A stretch of DNA of 61,662 nucleotides from Elsinoe ampelina (Eukaryota), in contig ML992502.1 of the NCBI GenBank assembly GCA_010093995.1, positions 506,760 to 568,421 of the forward strand, read 5' to 3'. The number at the start of each line of letters is the position of its first letter. Position 1 is the first letter of the stretch. A program made the position numbers and the translations under genes. Shown here piece after piece: positions 22,359-34,839 of the stretch. The notes beneath the pieces are model-generated. The model was not told where the DNA came from, made no database searches, and was given only the letters and a program-made list of their open reading frames with translations.

Positions 22359-25300
22359 ATGTCTTCTTCAGCCGTCGCCATTGGCTCTTCCTCCACCTCG
22401 ATACCTGGCCTCCTGATCATGCTACCAGCTCTGCTGTTCTCGATAGTCACGTTTATCACAATCACACTGCCAACATGGATCTTCACGTTTCTATCGACGA
22501 GCTTGACTTTGACTGTCAACATGACAACTCTCCTTTTGATCCTGGTGTTTGTCGTATCAACAGTCTCTTGGCTGGTCAGATATCGATGGATGAACATGTA
22601 CACCAGACTTCCTCCAAGTCCTCAACGGAAGGAACCGTTGATCGAGGTCTTCCCAGATACTCAAGGTGCAGATTCGAAACCTGGACTTTCAAACTATCTC
22701 GATGAGTTCCTCAGCGCCATCAAGGTCTTTGGCTATCTGGAGCGGCCAGTCTTCCATGAACTTACTCGCACCATGCAAACCAGAAAGCTCATAGCTGGCG
22801 AGACACTTTTACTGGAAGAAGAGAAAGGCTTCTGCTTGGTAGTGGATGGTACTGTGCAGATCTTCGTCAAGTCGAATGTCCACCGGGATGACTCCATGGC
22901 CGATCTATCGCCAAACCCAGAGGACGAATCTCATGGTACAGGCAATCAAGGGTATCAGCTACTCACAGAAGTCAACAATGGAGCGCCAATGTCTTCACTC
23001 TTTTCTATCCTCTCACTCTTTACCGAGGATGTCAAGCTCCGGCATGACAATTCCGAAGATGCCAACGATCCAATGAATCTGGAATCAGCTCTCATGCGAC
23101 CAATGATGCGCAGAAACCTGTCCAATCTTTCCGCAGGTGGCAACAGTCCCAACCCGGCTTACCCAGACTCTCGTCCTGGCTCCAGCTCGAGAAGGCGATT
23201 CTCTGAGTTTGAGCACAACGGTCCAGTCCCAAATTTCTCTTTGGACGAGGGAGATGCAGATGATGATTCCCCGATTTCCCCTACGAAGAAACGTGGCAAT
23301 TCCTTACGGATAAGAAGGAGCCGCAAGCAGACCTCTGCACACCCAGATATCGTTGCTCGCGCTTCGGTGGACACCACAATCGCAATCATACCGGCTACAG
23401 CATTCCATCGGCTGACTAGAGTATATCCAAAAGCGACAGCACATATCGTGCAAGTCATCTTGACACGACTGCAACGAGTTACCCTGGCCACAGGCCACTC
23501 CTATTTGGGTCTTACGAGCGAGGTCCTCAGAACGGAGAAGCTGATGGATCGATATACGAGCTACGATCTGCCCGACTTCTTGCGAGGCGAGGCGCTAGAA
23601 CGCTTGAAGGACAAGTTCCGCAAGGAGTCAGAAAGGGTTGGTCCGGAGGAAAGCGCCAAAGGCATTGCCCTTCATAATCCTCGCGCCAATCAGCGCAGGC
23701 GGTCCAGTAGTTCGCTACGCAAAGATGCAGTGATACAAGCTCGTCTTGCCGTGAGTGCTGCTGCTGGCTCGACCTCGAGTACTGCCAGTCCGAGGACCCA
23801 GCCTGTCCAAGATACTACCACACCAACCAAACCTCGTGGCAGTGCCTTTGGCATCGATGAGCATAGAAGCGGAATGAGTGCTGGCGATCTTTTGACAGGC
23901 AGCCATCCTCGAAGACACGGCAGTCGCGACTCTAGAATGAGCTTCTCCCAGCCATATCAAACACCAAGGCCGCTTTCTAGGGACGCCCAGACCCCGATGG
24001 GATCAAACAATTTCAATCCCTTTGGCAACCACATGCAACGGAGGATGCCTCTGCAGAGGCAGGACTCCCGAAGTGATGACGAATTAGCTTTCCGGGAGCA
24101 GATCCTGGAATGTATGTTGAAGGCTGTCGGTCTGACCAACAGCAAAGATGAATTCAAGCCATCGGCATCGGTCCCCCAGTCACCTCGGCTGGTCTCATAC
24201 GATTCCAAGAGACAGAAAGCCGTTTTTAACAACGCTTTCGGATTTATGGATTCGTACGACCCATATGGCGATGGCGAGACGGGATCGACAGCTTCGGTAT
24301 CTGCCTTTAGCACCATGAGTAGCGGAGCATCTGCTTTGAGAGATCTGAAGCATGAGGTCGAGATCGTCTACTTCCCTCAAGGGTCAGTGCTGGTCGAGAA
24401 GGGAGAACGCAATCCTGGCCTCTACTATGTGATTGACGGCTTCTTGGATGTCTGCCTGTCTGGCGAGGACGCTGAGCAAGACAGCAATGTGCTGGGTACT
24501 GCGCCACGCGAGACCAACAACGATTTCACCAGGATCCGCACCAATGCGGACAGTCATCGCAGTCCCGAGAGGCAATCATTCGCAAACCAAAGCAACCAGA
24601 ACACTCGACCAAAGGCTCGCAAACCTCATCGGAAGAGCTTGTTCGTCACCAAACCAGGTGGCGTTGCTGGTTACCTCGGAACGGTCTCTTCGCATCGATC
24701 TTTCGTAGATGTTGTGGCCAAGACAGATGTTTACGTCGGCTTCCTGCCAATTGCAGTGGTGGAGAAGATTGTCGAGAAGTTCCCGATCGTTCTTCTCACA
24801 TTAGCTAAGAGGTTGACCCATCTGCTACCACGACTAATTCTACACATTGACTTTGCACTCGAATGGGTGCAAGTCAACGCTGGTCAGGTCATCTACCATG
24901 AAAAGGATGATAGCGACGCAATCTACATTGTTCTCAATGGTCGTCTTCGTGCTATACAAGAATCCGAAGAGGGCAAGATGAAAGTCATTGGCGAATATGG
25001 GCAAGGAGAAAGCGTGGGTGAACTTGAAGTACTCACCGAGACTGCCAGGCCTGGTACACTTCACGCCATCCGAGATACAGAGCTGGCAAAGTTCCCAAAG
25101 ACATTGTTCAACAGTTTGGCTCTGGAACATTCGGGCATCACCATCAAAATTGCCAAGATTATTGCCAATCGAATGCGAGCTGTAGTGCACAACCCATTGA
25201 CGGACAATCGCTTGAGCGACGATCGAACGGCTGTGCAGGAAAGCTCGACATCGACTACGAACCTTCGGACAGTCACTATTCTCCCAGTCACAGCTGGCGT

Positions 25301-26861
25301 GCCTGTGGTCGAATTCGGGCATCGGCTGTTGAATGCACTGAATCAGATAGGAACATCAAATGGCGTTACGACTCTTAACCAAACAGCGATTCTCAATCAT
25401 CTCGGACGGCATGCATTCAGCAGGATGGGCAAGCTGAAACTGTCACAGTACCTGGCGGACCTGGAAGAGAAGTACGGTCTTGTACTATACGTTGCAGACA
25501 CCAACGTCAAGTCACCCTGGACACAGACATGCATCAGTCAAGCGGACTGCATTTTGCTAGTTGGACTTGCAGAAGGCTCACCAAACATTGGCGAATATGA
25601 GCGCTTCCTCTTGACAACAAAGACCACAGCCCGCAAAGAGCTTGTGCTACTCCATTCCGAGAGATACTGTGCACCTGGTCTATCTCGCCGCTGGCTAAGA
25701 AACAGAACTTGGATCAATGGTAGTCACCATCATATCCAAATGTCTTTCCGGAGCACCACAGAACCCGTTCAACCACAGCTCAGGAGATTTGGCACTGCTC
25801 TCAAGCAGAGAGTGCAAGTCTTGCAGGCTGAGATCCAGAAGTACACCTCTCGTAGAGTGCGACAGACACCTCTATACTCAGCCGAGACGCCCTTCAAAGG
25901 TGACTTTCATCGATTAGCGAGGAGATTATGCGGGAAGAGCGTAGGCCTGGTGCTTGGCGGTGGAGGAGCTCGAGGTATCGCTCACGTTGGCATCATTCGG
26001 GCTCTCGAAGAAGCCGGTATTCCGATTGATATCGTTGGCGGTACCTCCATCGGATCCTTTATTGGTGCTCTGTATGCTTGGGATGCTGATGTCGTTCCAA
26101 TGTACGGGAGAGCCAAGAAGTTTGCTGGACGCATGGGCAGCATGTGGAGGTTTGCTCTCGACTTGACATATCCTTCAGCATCATACACAACCGGTCACGA
26201 GTTCAATAGAGGTATCTTCAAGACTTTCGGGGACTCTCAGATTGAAGACTTTTGGCTGGAATTCTACTGCAACACGACAAATATCACCAAGAGCCGATCC
26301 GAGATACACAACAGTGGCTACGTCTGGCGATACGTCCGTGCGTCCATGTCTCTTGCTGGGCTGATTCCTCCACTCTGCGACGAGGGAAATATGCTGTTGG
26401 ACGGTGGCTACATTGACAATCTCACCGTTGCACACATGAAGAGCTTGGGAGCAGATGTCATCTTCGCCATTGACGTTGGCGCACTTGATGATGACACACC
26501 ACAATCGTATGGTGATTCGCTGTCAGGCTTCTGGGCATTCATCAACCGCTTCAATCCATTCTCGACTCATCCCAACCCACCGACCTTGTCTGAGATTCAA
26601 GCTCGTCTGGCATACGTCTCTTCCATCGGTGCTTTGGAAAGAGCGAAGAGTACTCCTGGCTGCAGATACATGCGGCCGCCGGTTGAGGACTATGGCACTC
26701 TGGAGTTTGCAAAGTTCGACGAGATATACGACGTGGGCTATAAGTATGGCAAGCAGTTCCTTTCGCAACTTAGAGATCAAGGGGTGTTGCCGGTTATGGA
26801 GGAAACGGAGGAGAAGAGGAACTTGCGGAGGACAATGGCGCCGAGAAGAGCCAGTATATGA
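22359..26861 (+). CDS. NTE1: Lysophospholipase NTE1 (neuropathy target esterase homolog)
   Basis: 1500-aa ORF with N-terminal TM segments, cNMP-binding-like domains and a patatin domain (GGGGARG, GTSIG, DGG). Confidence 0.97.
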   Translation: MSSSAVAIGSSSTSIPGLLIMLPALLFSIVTFITITLPTWIFTFLSTSLTLTVNMTTLLLILVFVVSTVSWLVRYRWMNMYTRLPPSPQRKEPLIEVFPDTQGADSKPGLSNYLDEFLSAIKVFGYLERPVFHELTRTMQTRKLIAGETLLLEEEKGFCLVVDGTVQIFVKSNVHRDDSMADLSPNPEDESHGTGNQGYQLLTEVNNGAPMSSLFSILSLFTEDVKLRHDNSEDANDPMNLESALMRPMMRRNLSNLSAGGNSPNPAYPDSRPGSSSRRRFSEFEHNGPVPNFSLDEGDADDDSPISPTKKRGNSLRIRRSRKQTSAHPDIVARASVDTTIAIIPATAFHRLTRVYPKATAHIVQVILTRLQRVTLATGHSYLGLTSEVLRTEKLMDRYTSYDLPDFLRGEALERLKDKFRKESERVGPEESAKGIALHNPRANQRRRSSSSLRKDAVIQARLAVSAAAGSTSSTASPRTQPVQDTTTPTKPRGSAFGIDEHRSGMSAGDLLTGSHPRRHGSRDSRMSFSQPYQTPRPLSRDAQTPMGSNNFNPFGNHMQRRMPLQRQDSRSDDELAFREQILECMLKAVGLTNSKDEFKPSASVPQSPRLVSYDSKRQKAVFNNAFGFMDSYDPYGDGETGSTASVSAFSTMSSGASALRDLKHEVEIVYFPQGSVLVEKGERNPGLYYVIDGFLDVCLSGEDAEQDSNVLGTAPRETNNDFTRIRTNADSHRSPERQSFANQSNQNTRPKARKPHRKSLFVTKPGGVAGYLGTVSSHRSFVDVVAKTDVYVGFLPIAVVEKIVEKFPIVLLTLAKRLTHLLPRLILHIDFALEWVQVNAGQVIYHEKDDSDAIYIVLNGRLRAIQESEEGKMKVIGEYGQGESVGELEVLTETARPGTLHAIRDTELAKFPKTLFNSLALEHSGITIKIAKIIANRMRAVVHNPLTDNRLSDDRTAVQESSTSTTNLRTVTILPVTAGVPVVEFGHRLLNALNQIGTSNGVTTLNQTAILNHLGRHAFSRMGKLKLSQYLADLEEKYGLVLYVADTNVKSPWTQTCISQADCILLVGLAEGSPNIGEYERFLLTTKTTARKELVLLHSERYCAPGLSRRWLRNRTWINGSHHHIQMSFRSTTEPVQPQLRRFGTALKQRVQVLQAEIQKYTSRRVRQTPLYSAETPFKGDFHRLARRLCGKSVGLVLGGGGARGIAHVGIIRALEEAGIPIDIVGGTSIGSFIGALYAWDADVVPMYGRAKKFAGRMGSMWRFALDLTYPSASYTTGHEFNRGIFKTFGDSQIEDFWLEFYCNTTNITKSRSEIHNSGYVWRYVRASMSLAGLIPPLCDEGNMLLDGGYIDNLTVAHMKSLGADVIFAIDVGALDDDTPQSYGDSLSGFWAFINRFNPFSTHPNPPTLSEIQARLAYVSSIGALERAKSTPGCRYMRPPVEDYGTLEFAKFDEIYDVGYKYGKQFLSQLRDQGVLPVMEETEEKRNLRRTMAPRRASI

Positions 26862-27668
26862 GCCAACGGGGGAGGCAGACACGAGCGTTGAGGCTAAGAT
26901 ACATGAAGGACGAGCAGCGGATAACGTTAGATACCCCTTCATACATTGTCATGATTCAGGCAGGGGCACAATGAGATTGCTGATGCGCCTCACTGGCAAG
27001 TAGAACTTTCTTTTGTGTTTGCTGTCGATGCTTGCTTCTTCTCTCCTATCTCCTGCGCTCGTCATTAAGACTGTGTACGGCTATCACAGCACTATTACGC
27101 TGTCATGTCCATATGAGTCCTCACTTGTCCTCTCATCTGGTAAACAAGAAGCACCAATCCTTCGAACACAATGCTCACTGATATACTAGTACGACTTTCA
27201 AGTTACAGAGTATCCTTGGTGAATTGAATCGTAACATGAGATTTGAATGCGTGGTCGACCCGACGGCATGGGTCAGATCGACGTCGTCAGGGGCGACTTC
27301 CTGTTCGAGGCGGGTCAAGCTTCGGTCAGCTTCTCTCACCACAATATCTCCCTCAACACATCAACAACTTCAGCTCCGTCGCAAAAATTCAGGACGCCCT
27401 TACACTCCTTGTCCCGTCTCTCTCATAAGTCAGACATCCCTTCAGGCCAGTTGCATACGCAACGGACTACCAGGTGCTGGCACTTGAAACTCTCTTGCAC
27501 CACTCACAATAGCTCTTGAAAGCTATAGATCCTCTCAAACAGCGAGTGACACGGGTGAGAACACATCCAGCGTATCTTCCTGTCGTGCGATTCATGTCAC
27601 TGACAAGCTTTGAGGGTAACAGGCCCTCGTCAAAGACCGAGTTCCAAGGCTCTTCAATTTTGTCCACG

Positions 27669-30607
27669 ATGGACAACTCCTTCACCAAGGGGCTATACGG
27701 CGACGTCGACTACGCCGACCTCGTTCTGATCTGTGACGGACGACATTTCAAAGTTCACCGCGTCGTAATTTGTCAAGGATCGGGTTGGATTGCGGCTGCG
27801 ACCAAGAACGCTGCCCAGGTGAACAAAGCTCCCATACACATGCGGGGATGCCAACTAACCACGTCTCAGAACAAAGACAAGCGCATCATTGTCATCCGTG
27901 CCTGCGACCCAAAGACCTTGCATCGAGTCATCGAGTTCTGCTATCTCCACGACTACCAAGAAACAGACGATTTGACACTTCCCGCACCCTACGACCCGCC
28001 GAGCACTCCGCACTCCGCGAACGTGTGGGATATGCTAGAGCTATCTGGTCAGCCAATCACTACGCCAGTCAAGCAGGAGACTATGAAGGAAGAGAAGATG
28101 GCCTCTCCGCACCAATCTCCTCAGCAGTCAGACCCAGCTCTTGTCAATCTAGACGAGCATGATCGCCTGGGCAACGTCTTCGCCGTGACGGGCTGCGATA
28201 TTACTGTGTTGGACGATCTATTCAAGGGTCGTACAAAGGATGACCGCATCAATGCTGCTTGGGTACACATGAAGGTCCACGATGCAGCTACGAGATTCGA
28301 GGTTCCGCCTTTGGCAACACTATCCATGTCCCGACTGGAAAATCAGATCGTCAACGCCTGGCAGCTGCAAGGATTCGTCGAATTAGTACAAGTCACATTC
28401 TCTCTGAGTCGACAGCAAATCACAGCCACTCCTGCCTGCAGACTTATTGCTGAGGAGTGTGCGCAGCACATTCGTCCACTTCTGACTAACAAACAATTCG
28501 ACAATGAACTTAGAGAGAATGCTCATCTTGGATATCTCATCGTCCATGCCATGGTCCAGAAACTCTCTCAGGATTCAGCAAGCTCCAGTTCAGCGATTAT
28601 GCTGACGCCTAAGCCCAAAGCAAGACTGGACCCTCACAATCCCGCGTCGCCTTCGCCTGAGGGCAACGGGCACGTCGAGTCCCTTTCAGCCAAGACAAAT
28701 GGCATTCATCTCGGACCTTCTAAGCAGAACGAAACCTCAGATGGCGCATCTCGCACTACATCGTCTATTCAGACCAACGGCTTCTCAGCAATCAATACTA
28801 CCAGTGTCGAACTCACCTCCGTAGCAAACAACGTCGACAAGGCTGTCTTTGATGAGGTCAATGCCGACTTGGCCAAAGCCAAAGACGTCATCAGAGACCT
28901 CAAGAGCCAGCTCAAATCTCAGCAAGACAAGATTGCTACGACAGATGATGAGCTTGCCGACTCTGAACGTTACATCGATGAGCTCAAGATACAGCTCGAA
29001 AAGCTCAAATCCGAGAACAAACAGTTGGGCAAGGCTCCCGCTCCAGACGACTCTGCTGTGCAGCGCTTGACAGCAGAGAACGATAACCTCCGAAAGCTCA
29101 ACAAGGCTGCGAATGCAGACCTGAAGGTCGCCGGCGATCGCTTGCAGAGCACTGTCCAACTTCAGGTGAAGTCCGCAACTCTGGAGATTTTGTCCAAGTC
29201 TAACTTGTATAAGAAGCAAGTTGTCGACATGAATAACAGCAACGTGCGAAAGAGTGAGGAGATCAAAGACCTCTCCCGCAAGCTTGAGAAGGTTCAGAGC
29301 CAGGCTGCTCGGAGCAAAGTGAATGATCCTCAATTAGACAAGTACAAGCAGCAAGTCGACGAGATGCGCAACAGTCACACACAACAGCAGCAAGAGATGA
29401 GCAATCTTCATCAACAGATCAAAGATTTGAACGGCACTGTCGCCAGCAAGACTACAGAAGTTTGCGGCCTCCAATCTCAGATCAGGTCCCTCCAAGCTGC
29501 GGCCACACCTGCTGGACCAGCTGCTGGTAGTGTCGTCTCCCGAGCTCAGCTTGACACAGTCAAGAAGCAGCACACACAAGAGATTGCTGGCTGGCAGGTG
29601 GACTATGCAAGGGTCAAGGAACAGCTTGATGCCGCACTCATGGCATCCCAAGCTGTACCAGACCTTGAAGCACAAAATAAAAGCTTGGTGGATCAGGTCA
29701 AGTCCTTGACACAAAACTTTCAATTCGAGCGTGATCAGCACAAGACACAAATCGCTCGACTTGAAAACGTTGCCCGGAACGCTGCTGTCAATGGGACCTC
29801 AGGCGTAGGTCATTTCACATTGGGTCTGGGATATAATACTGACCAGAACTGTAGATACACGCTTCAGTCACCACTATCACGACTGCACAGGCCATGCCAG
29901 AACGTGAACGCCGCCCCTATGGTGCTCCCGTTGCAGAGGCTGCGACTCAGCCGAACAACGCCCCTGCTCCTACCACCGACAAGGGACCTGCGGCAAAAGG
30001 TCCCTTGACCTTCATCGAGAAGATGAACATGCGCAAAGAAGAGCGTGAGAAGCTCGGAGCTACTAGGAGCGTTACACCAAGCGATCAAAACTCGGTCATC
30101 AGCACTAGCACGGCCGCCACTCCGATCACGCCGACTCCTACACGCATGCCCGTCCTGCCCCTTGGTACTCCTACCAGGGTCGATCGCGACATTGAGGAAG
30201 GTCGCCGTATCATGCAGCAAGTGATCGCCGAGAAGGACAAAGAGCTCGGTGCCAAATCGAAGACGATCGACTTCCTCCGCAACGAACTGACAACACTCCG
30301 CATGTCCAATGCTGGTGCGCCTACCGGTCCCAGAGCCGGTGAGTTTATCCTGATATTCATCGCCCGCTACTTTCTGACCATACTAATAGGTGTGGGTCAT
30401 AGTGTACACAGCAGCGGATCTTCTGAGTCTGCGGTCCGCAAGTCATACAACTTCGCTCTGAAGGATGCGGCCAAAGATTTCAAGTCCTGCAGCGGATGCG
30501 GTGCTGCATTCTATGCGCAATTCAGGGGGGCGCCTGATGACGGGGGAAACAATCTCATCTTGAAGTGTACGAAATGTGATGAGGAGGTGTTCAGGTGGAA
30601 GGTTTGA
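27669..30607 (+). CDS. BTB/POZ-domain protein with long coiled coil and C-terminal CxxC...CxxC motif (~928 aa; introns 27819-27869, 29805-29854, 30339-30389)
   Basis: YADLVLICDGRHFKVHRVVIC BTB start. Three GT-AG introns with CTAAC/CTGAC branch sites join the 830-aa and 237-aa ORFs in frame; ends CSGCG...CTKC. Confidence 0.85.
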
Positions 30608-30882
30608 AGTGGTCAGCTGGACGAAGGGTGATATTTCGCATTGTCAGCATGTGGACAAGCTTGCGAGTCGGAGAAGTGGGAATAAGGGGCTTATGGCATC
30701 GTCGTTGGCAGTTCGGAAGACACCAGTAGACAAAGTTCCGGTGGCCTGGGGAAGACTTCCTATCTGTACTACGACAGCATGGCGGTAATGGCAGATGATG
30801 AGGCACAAGATGTACTTATAATCACAAGATAGCCTCGAACAAGAAACAAGTTGAAAACACCAATCCCGACCATTTCATTCCA

Positions 30883-33241
30883 TCATATGATATCCAACCC
30901 ATCATCACTATCATCCTCGGCCCCATTTACGACCCCCAAGCTCTCCCTCCCCGGCTCCCTGATCCCTTTCGCAAGCGCAAACCTCGCCCTCTTCACCGGC
31001 GAACTCAACCTCACCTGCCCCTTCTCCCGCACCGGACTCCTCTTCTTCTCCCCAAGCTGATTCCCTTCCAACACCCCTCTCTTGAACGCACCGCTCCACC
31101 CCAACGCCTCAGCCTGCTCATGCGGCGCCCTCTTCCGTCCTCGCACAGGGGACAGCCGCACGTCTGCCGCTTTGCGCACCAACCCAAGCGAAGCCGCGTC
31201 GGGCTTGACTTCCGTGCCGATGCTAAGCTCCCAATCCGGGTCATGCTCGGGGGGCAAACCCCTGTGGTCCAGCCCAGTTTTCACCGGAGACCTGCCCCTG
31301 CGCTCCATCCCCGCTGTCCCTCCCCCTCCGCCTCCCCCGCTCCCCCGTCCGGCCGACGAAGAAGAAGCTGGGTTCGACGACGCGGCATCGACCACCACGC
31401 TGCCCCCACTCAACGGAAACCCCTTGGTCGCTCCCGCCGTGTTGGCCCTCAGGTACGCCGCGCCCAGCCCCTTGCCCAGTCGGCCCAGCTTCTCCCCTAG
31501 TTCCCGCTCGTGTTCTTTGGCCGCGAGACGGCGGCGGAGTTTCTCGGGCGCCATGACGTCTTCGTTGTCCAGGAGTTTGGTCGTGGCGGGGCCCATGAAG
31601 TAGGTTTCGCCTGTCTCCCAGTCGCGGCGCTGGTGGGTGGAGAATTTGCCTTTGCCTTCTGAGGAGTCGGTGCGGGGGACGCGGGAGCGGATGTTGCGCC
31701 CGGGAGGGGAGGTGCTGCCGTCGCGTTGTCGCTTTTTCTGCCCGGAGTAGCGGAAGATGGTGTTCATGTCCATGCGGGCGGAGCGGGCTCTGTCGATGAC
31801 GAGGTTCATGTGGAAGTCGCAGTGTTCGGTTTTGCGCTTGTCGATCCAGGCGTTGCAGAGCTGGCCGTCCTTTTTGAGGGAGGTGCAGAAGGCGAGGTCG
31901 CGCGCGGTGCCGAGTTCGAGGATTTGGTCGTCGCTGCTGGTGAGTTTGAGGGAGAAGCGGCCCGTGTCCTTCGCGTGGGGGCGAGGCGGCATGATGGCTG
32001 GGTTGAGGATGGCGATGAGCGTGCCGGCGGGGAGTTTCCAGTATTTGGTGAAGGCGGTGGAGAAGAGGAAGAGGTCGACTTCCCAAGATAGGTCGGTGAG
32101 TTTGAGGACGAGGAATTTCTTCTCCGTCGAGAGGGAGTCGGGGGAGGAGGAGCGGACGGAGGGACCGGATTTGATGTCGAGGGGTTGGGACTTGGAGGCG
32201 ATGATGCCGAAGACTACGTAGTCGGACTCGCAGTCTGGTGGTTCGTAGACGGGGGACTTGACCTCTTTGAGTAGTCGTGGAAGGGGATATAACTCTTTGC
32301 CAGAAAGAGCAGTTGTAAGATCGGCCGAGGGAAGTGTTCGCCTCGAGACATGAAGACCAGAGAATGGTTCGTATGTCAGAGCATCCTCTGCCGTCATCGG
32401 CTTCTTTGATTTTGTCGTTCTCGTAGTAGAAGAGGACTGTTGTGTTGGTGCTGTAGATATGCTTTGGGAAGGGCCAGTCTTCGGGTTAGAAGACGTGGCG
32501 GTCGCCAAACCAAAGGTCCTACCACGAGCATCCTGTATCCGCTTCTCCTTTTCTTGACGCTGGACCTCTGTATCTCTACTCTCTGCCAGACGTTCCGTAA
32601 AGCTCTTCACTCGTGGTAGCGGCTTCTGCTGAGCACTTCCAGAAGTAGAAGCTGGTCGTGCCCGCTTCAACGATACTTGGTCTGCTCGCAAGCCCTTGTC
32701 TATACCCAACAGCACTTTGGCAGGACTTTTGGGTAGTGCTGCAGCCGTTCTAGTCCGGTCGGGCGACACTGGGACTTGTACATCTTTGTCCAATCTGGGC
32801 TTCTTACGCCGTGGAGATCCCAGCACAGAGACTGGATCCTGGAAACCCTTGTTCGACGCATGCTTCTCTTTCGCTTGCTTGAGCTTCTTCAACTTGAGTT
32901 TGGCTTCGATTGCTTCCAGCTTGAGCTTCAGGGTCTCTTCGTCCTCGTCCTCCTGATCTGATTCAAAGGGGTCGCCAAGCTGGTTGAGAACATCCTGCGG
33001 ACTCTTGCCATGCTGTAGTGTCGGCTTCCGGGGCGATGGTGAAGGCGTCCTCTGTCGCAGGTCCTGCCTGTCTTGCCATCGTCTCTTACCGCTCGGGGAG
33101 CTAACCAGAGCTTCGTATGGCGACTTTGGCGGCCAATTGCCGCGGTTTTTGTCTGGGGAGTCTGGTACAATGAGGACTAAACATTTGTGGCAAATTACTA
33201 CACTTACGCTTCGCACGAGGAGACTCCCTGACAATCACCAT
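30883..33241 (-). CDS. MCM10: DNA replication factor Mcm10/Cdc23 (exon 1 33241-33208; intron 33207-~33162)
   Basis: OB-fold (VVFGIIASKS, LKLTDL, LIAILNP) and primase-type zinc finger CTSLKKDGQLCNAWIDKRKTEHCDFH; GTAAGT donor after MVIVRESPRAK. Confidence 0.9.
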
Positions 33242-33339
33242 AGTCACCAAATCGCCACAGCTATCCTGCAAGTCATACCAGAATGTGGCGTTGTCGTGGA
33301 ATTGTGTTGATATCGGAAGTGGTAGGGCTGAACCCGAAA

Positions 33340-33400
33340 GCCGTGAAACGCGAAATTTACACGGACCGCGTAAAGTGGCCGATAGACCTCGCGTTATAAA
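33340..33400. promoter_or_regulatory. MCB/SCB-like CGCG cluster in the MCM10-RNH202 bidirectional promoter
   Basis: ACGCGAAA (33348), CGCGT (33367) and TCGCGT (33389) in a 227-bp intergenic region between two replication genes. Confidence 0.6.
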
Positions 33401-33468
33401 GCATGCTCTATCTACATCATTTCACGAGGTCAACATAACATACAGAATCAATATTTTGGCATGCAATC

Positions 33469-34788
33469 ATGAAAGGGAGAACGACGAGAAAGTCCCAATC
33501 AGCCACTGCCAGCAAGGATGAGACTGTGGACAATAGTGGACCATCTCTAGCACCCAGCAGCACTAATCCACCATTACTCTTCATTCTTCCCAAGGACAGA
33601 TCGATAGACGCAAGAATCGTCACACTGCCAAATCCTGCATCTGGAACACAGAACAGATATATTTTCGATCCATCACATGGCCTCTACGAATTCACAAAGA
33701 TCTCGGCTCCTAAGAAAGAACCCTCCAGTTGGCTACTTGCCCCTGGATCTAGAGGGGACGATGCAAGCACAGTGACACAGTCAATGGATCTGAGTGGCGG
33801 GTACACTCTTGAGGATGCTGGCGTCTTCGTTGCCACTGAGGTCGACCCCATCTTCTTCATTCTATCAAATCTCTTATCAGATGCAAGCCAATCTGGAAAG
33901 CAATTATTTGTTACCTTGGACGACCATCTGGACAATGTCGGCAGTAATTCTGAGCTCTTACGAGACGTGCTTTCTTCGCCGGGTGTCTTGCCTAGACTCG
34001 ACATTGCAATGAGTCTAATCTGCGATAAGGTCGAGGCGGGAGATGACAGCATGTTTCGGGTGAGCGTGGAGAAGCTCACTCGTATGCTATTGTCAAAGGC
34101 GGAGAAAGTGGTCAAGGCCGGCTTGCCCCCTTCAATGGAGGAGAAATTTGTCAAAGAAGCCTTACAAGCACCGACAAGTCTTCGAACGCAGATGGAAATG
34201 GTGGCAGAGCTGGAGAAAGAGAGTCAAGAAGAAGTCGTTCAGGCAGAGCTCTCTCACGGGCAAAGCCAATCCGCAGCCACTAATTCTTCGGCTGGCGCTT
34301 CACAAGACTCGCTGGCATCGGCTACATCTGTCTCTACTACAGCCGCTTCCATTGCTGATGCGGCGACCGATACCCCTGAAGACGAAGAGGACCGGCGACT
34401 CCTAAGGCTTCGTACCGCATTCAACTTCATCCTTGCATCCTACATCCAAGGGAAATTCCATGATCAGCTTCGTGCGCCCTTGTCCAAACCCAAGTCGCCT
34501 GTCGACTTTGCACCTCTAGACAAGAAATTGTCTGAAATTGCAGCGCTCAAGAAGGAGGCGCAGACGTTACGCTCACTCTCCGACAACGTCGGCCGCAAAC
34601 GGGTTTTCGAGGAGGATGACGAGGCAGCTGAGGCGCGTGCTGAGAAGAAGCGAAAGAAGGAGGATGAAGAGGCCAAGAAGAAGGCGCAGAGTCGAGCCAT
34701 CAAGCAACTCGCCAAAGCCGACACGAGTGGAATGAAGAAGCTGAGCAGTTTCTTCTCCAAGCCAGCAGCTAAGAAGGCCGCGGGATGA
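33469..34788 (+). CDS. RNH202: Ribonuclease H2 non-catalytic subunit B (Ydr279 family)
   Basis: IVTLPNPASG...GLYEF...SWLL, ATEVDPIF and a C-terminal PIP-like KKLSSFF. Confidence 0.88.
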   Translation: MKGRTTRKSQSATASKDETVDNSGPSLAPSSTNPPLLFILPKDRSIDARIVTLPNPASGTQNRYIFDPSHGLYEFTKISAPKKEPSSWLLAPGSRGDDASTVTQSMDLSGGYTLEDAGVFVATEVDPIFFILSNLLSDASQSGKQLFVTLDDHLDNVGSNSELLRDVLSSPGVLPRLDIAMSLICDKVEAGDDSMFRVSVEKLTRMLLSKAEKVVKAGLPPSMEEKFVKEALQAPTSLRTQMEMVAELEKESQEEVVQAELSHGQSQSAATNSSAGASQDSLASATSVSTTAASIADAATDTPEDEEDRRLLRLRTAFNFILASYIQGKFHDQLRAPLSKPKSPVDFAPLDKKLSEIAALKKEAQTLRSLSDNVGRKRVFEEDDEAAEARAEKKRKKEDEEAKKKAQSRAIKQLAKADTSGMKKLSSFFSKPAAKKAAG

Positions 34789-34839
34789 ACACTCAGCACT
34801 TCGTCTCCGCCCCGACACAATGGCATGGTCAATCGTGCT

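Noticed and set aside
27516..27668. N-terminal extensions from non-ATG starts in the ORF track (BTB, PAF1, NTE1, MCM10, UBC6)
   Set aside because: A downstream ATG or a spliced first exon fits the conserved protein starts better.
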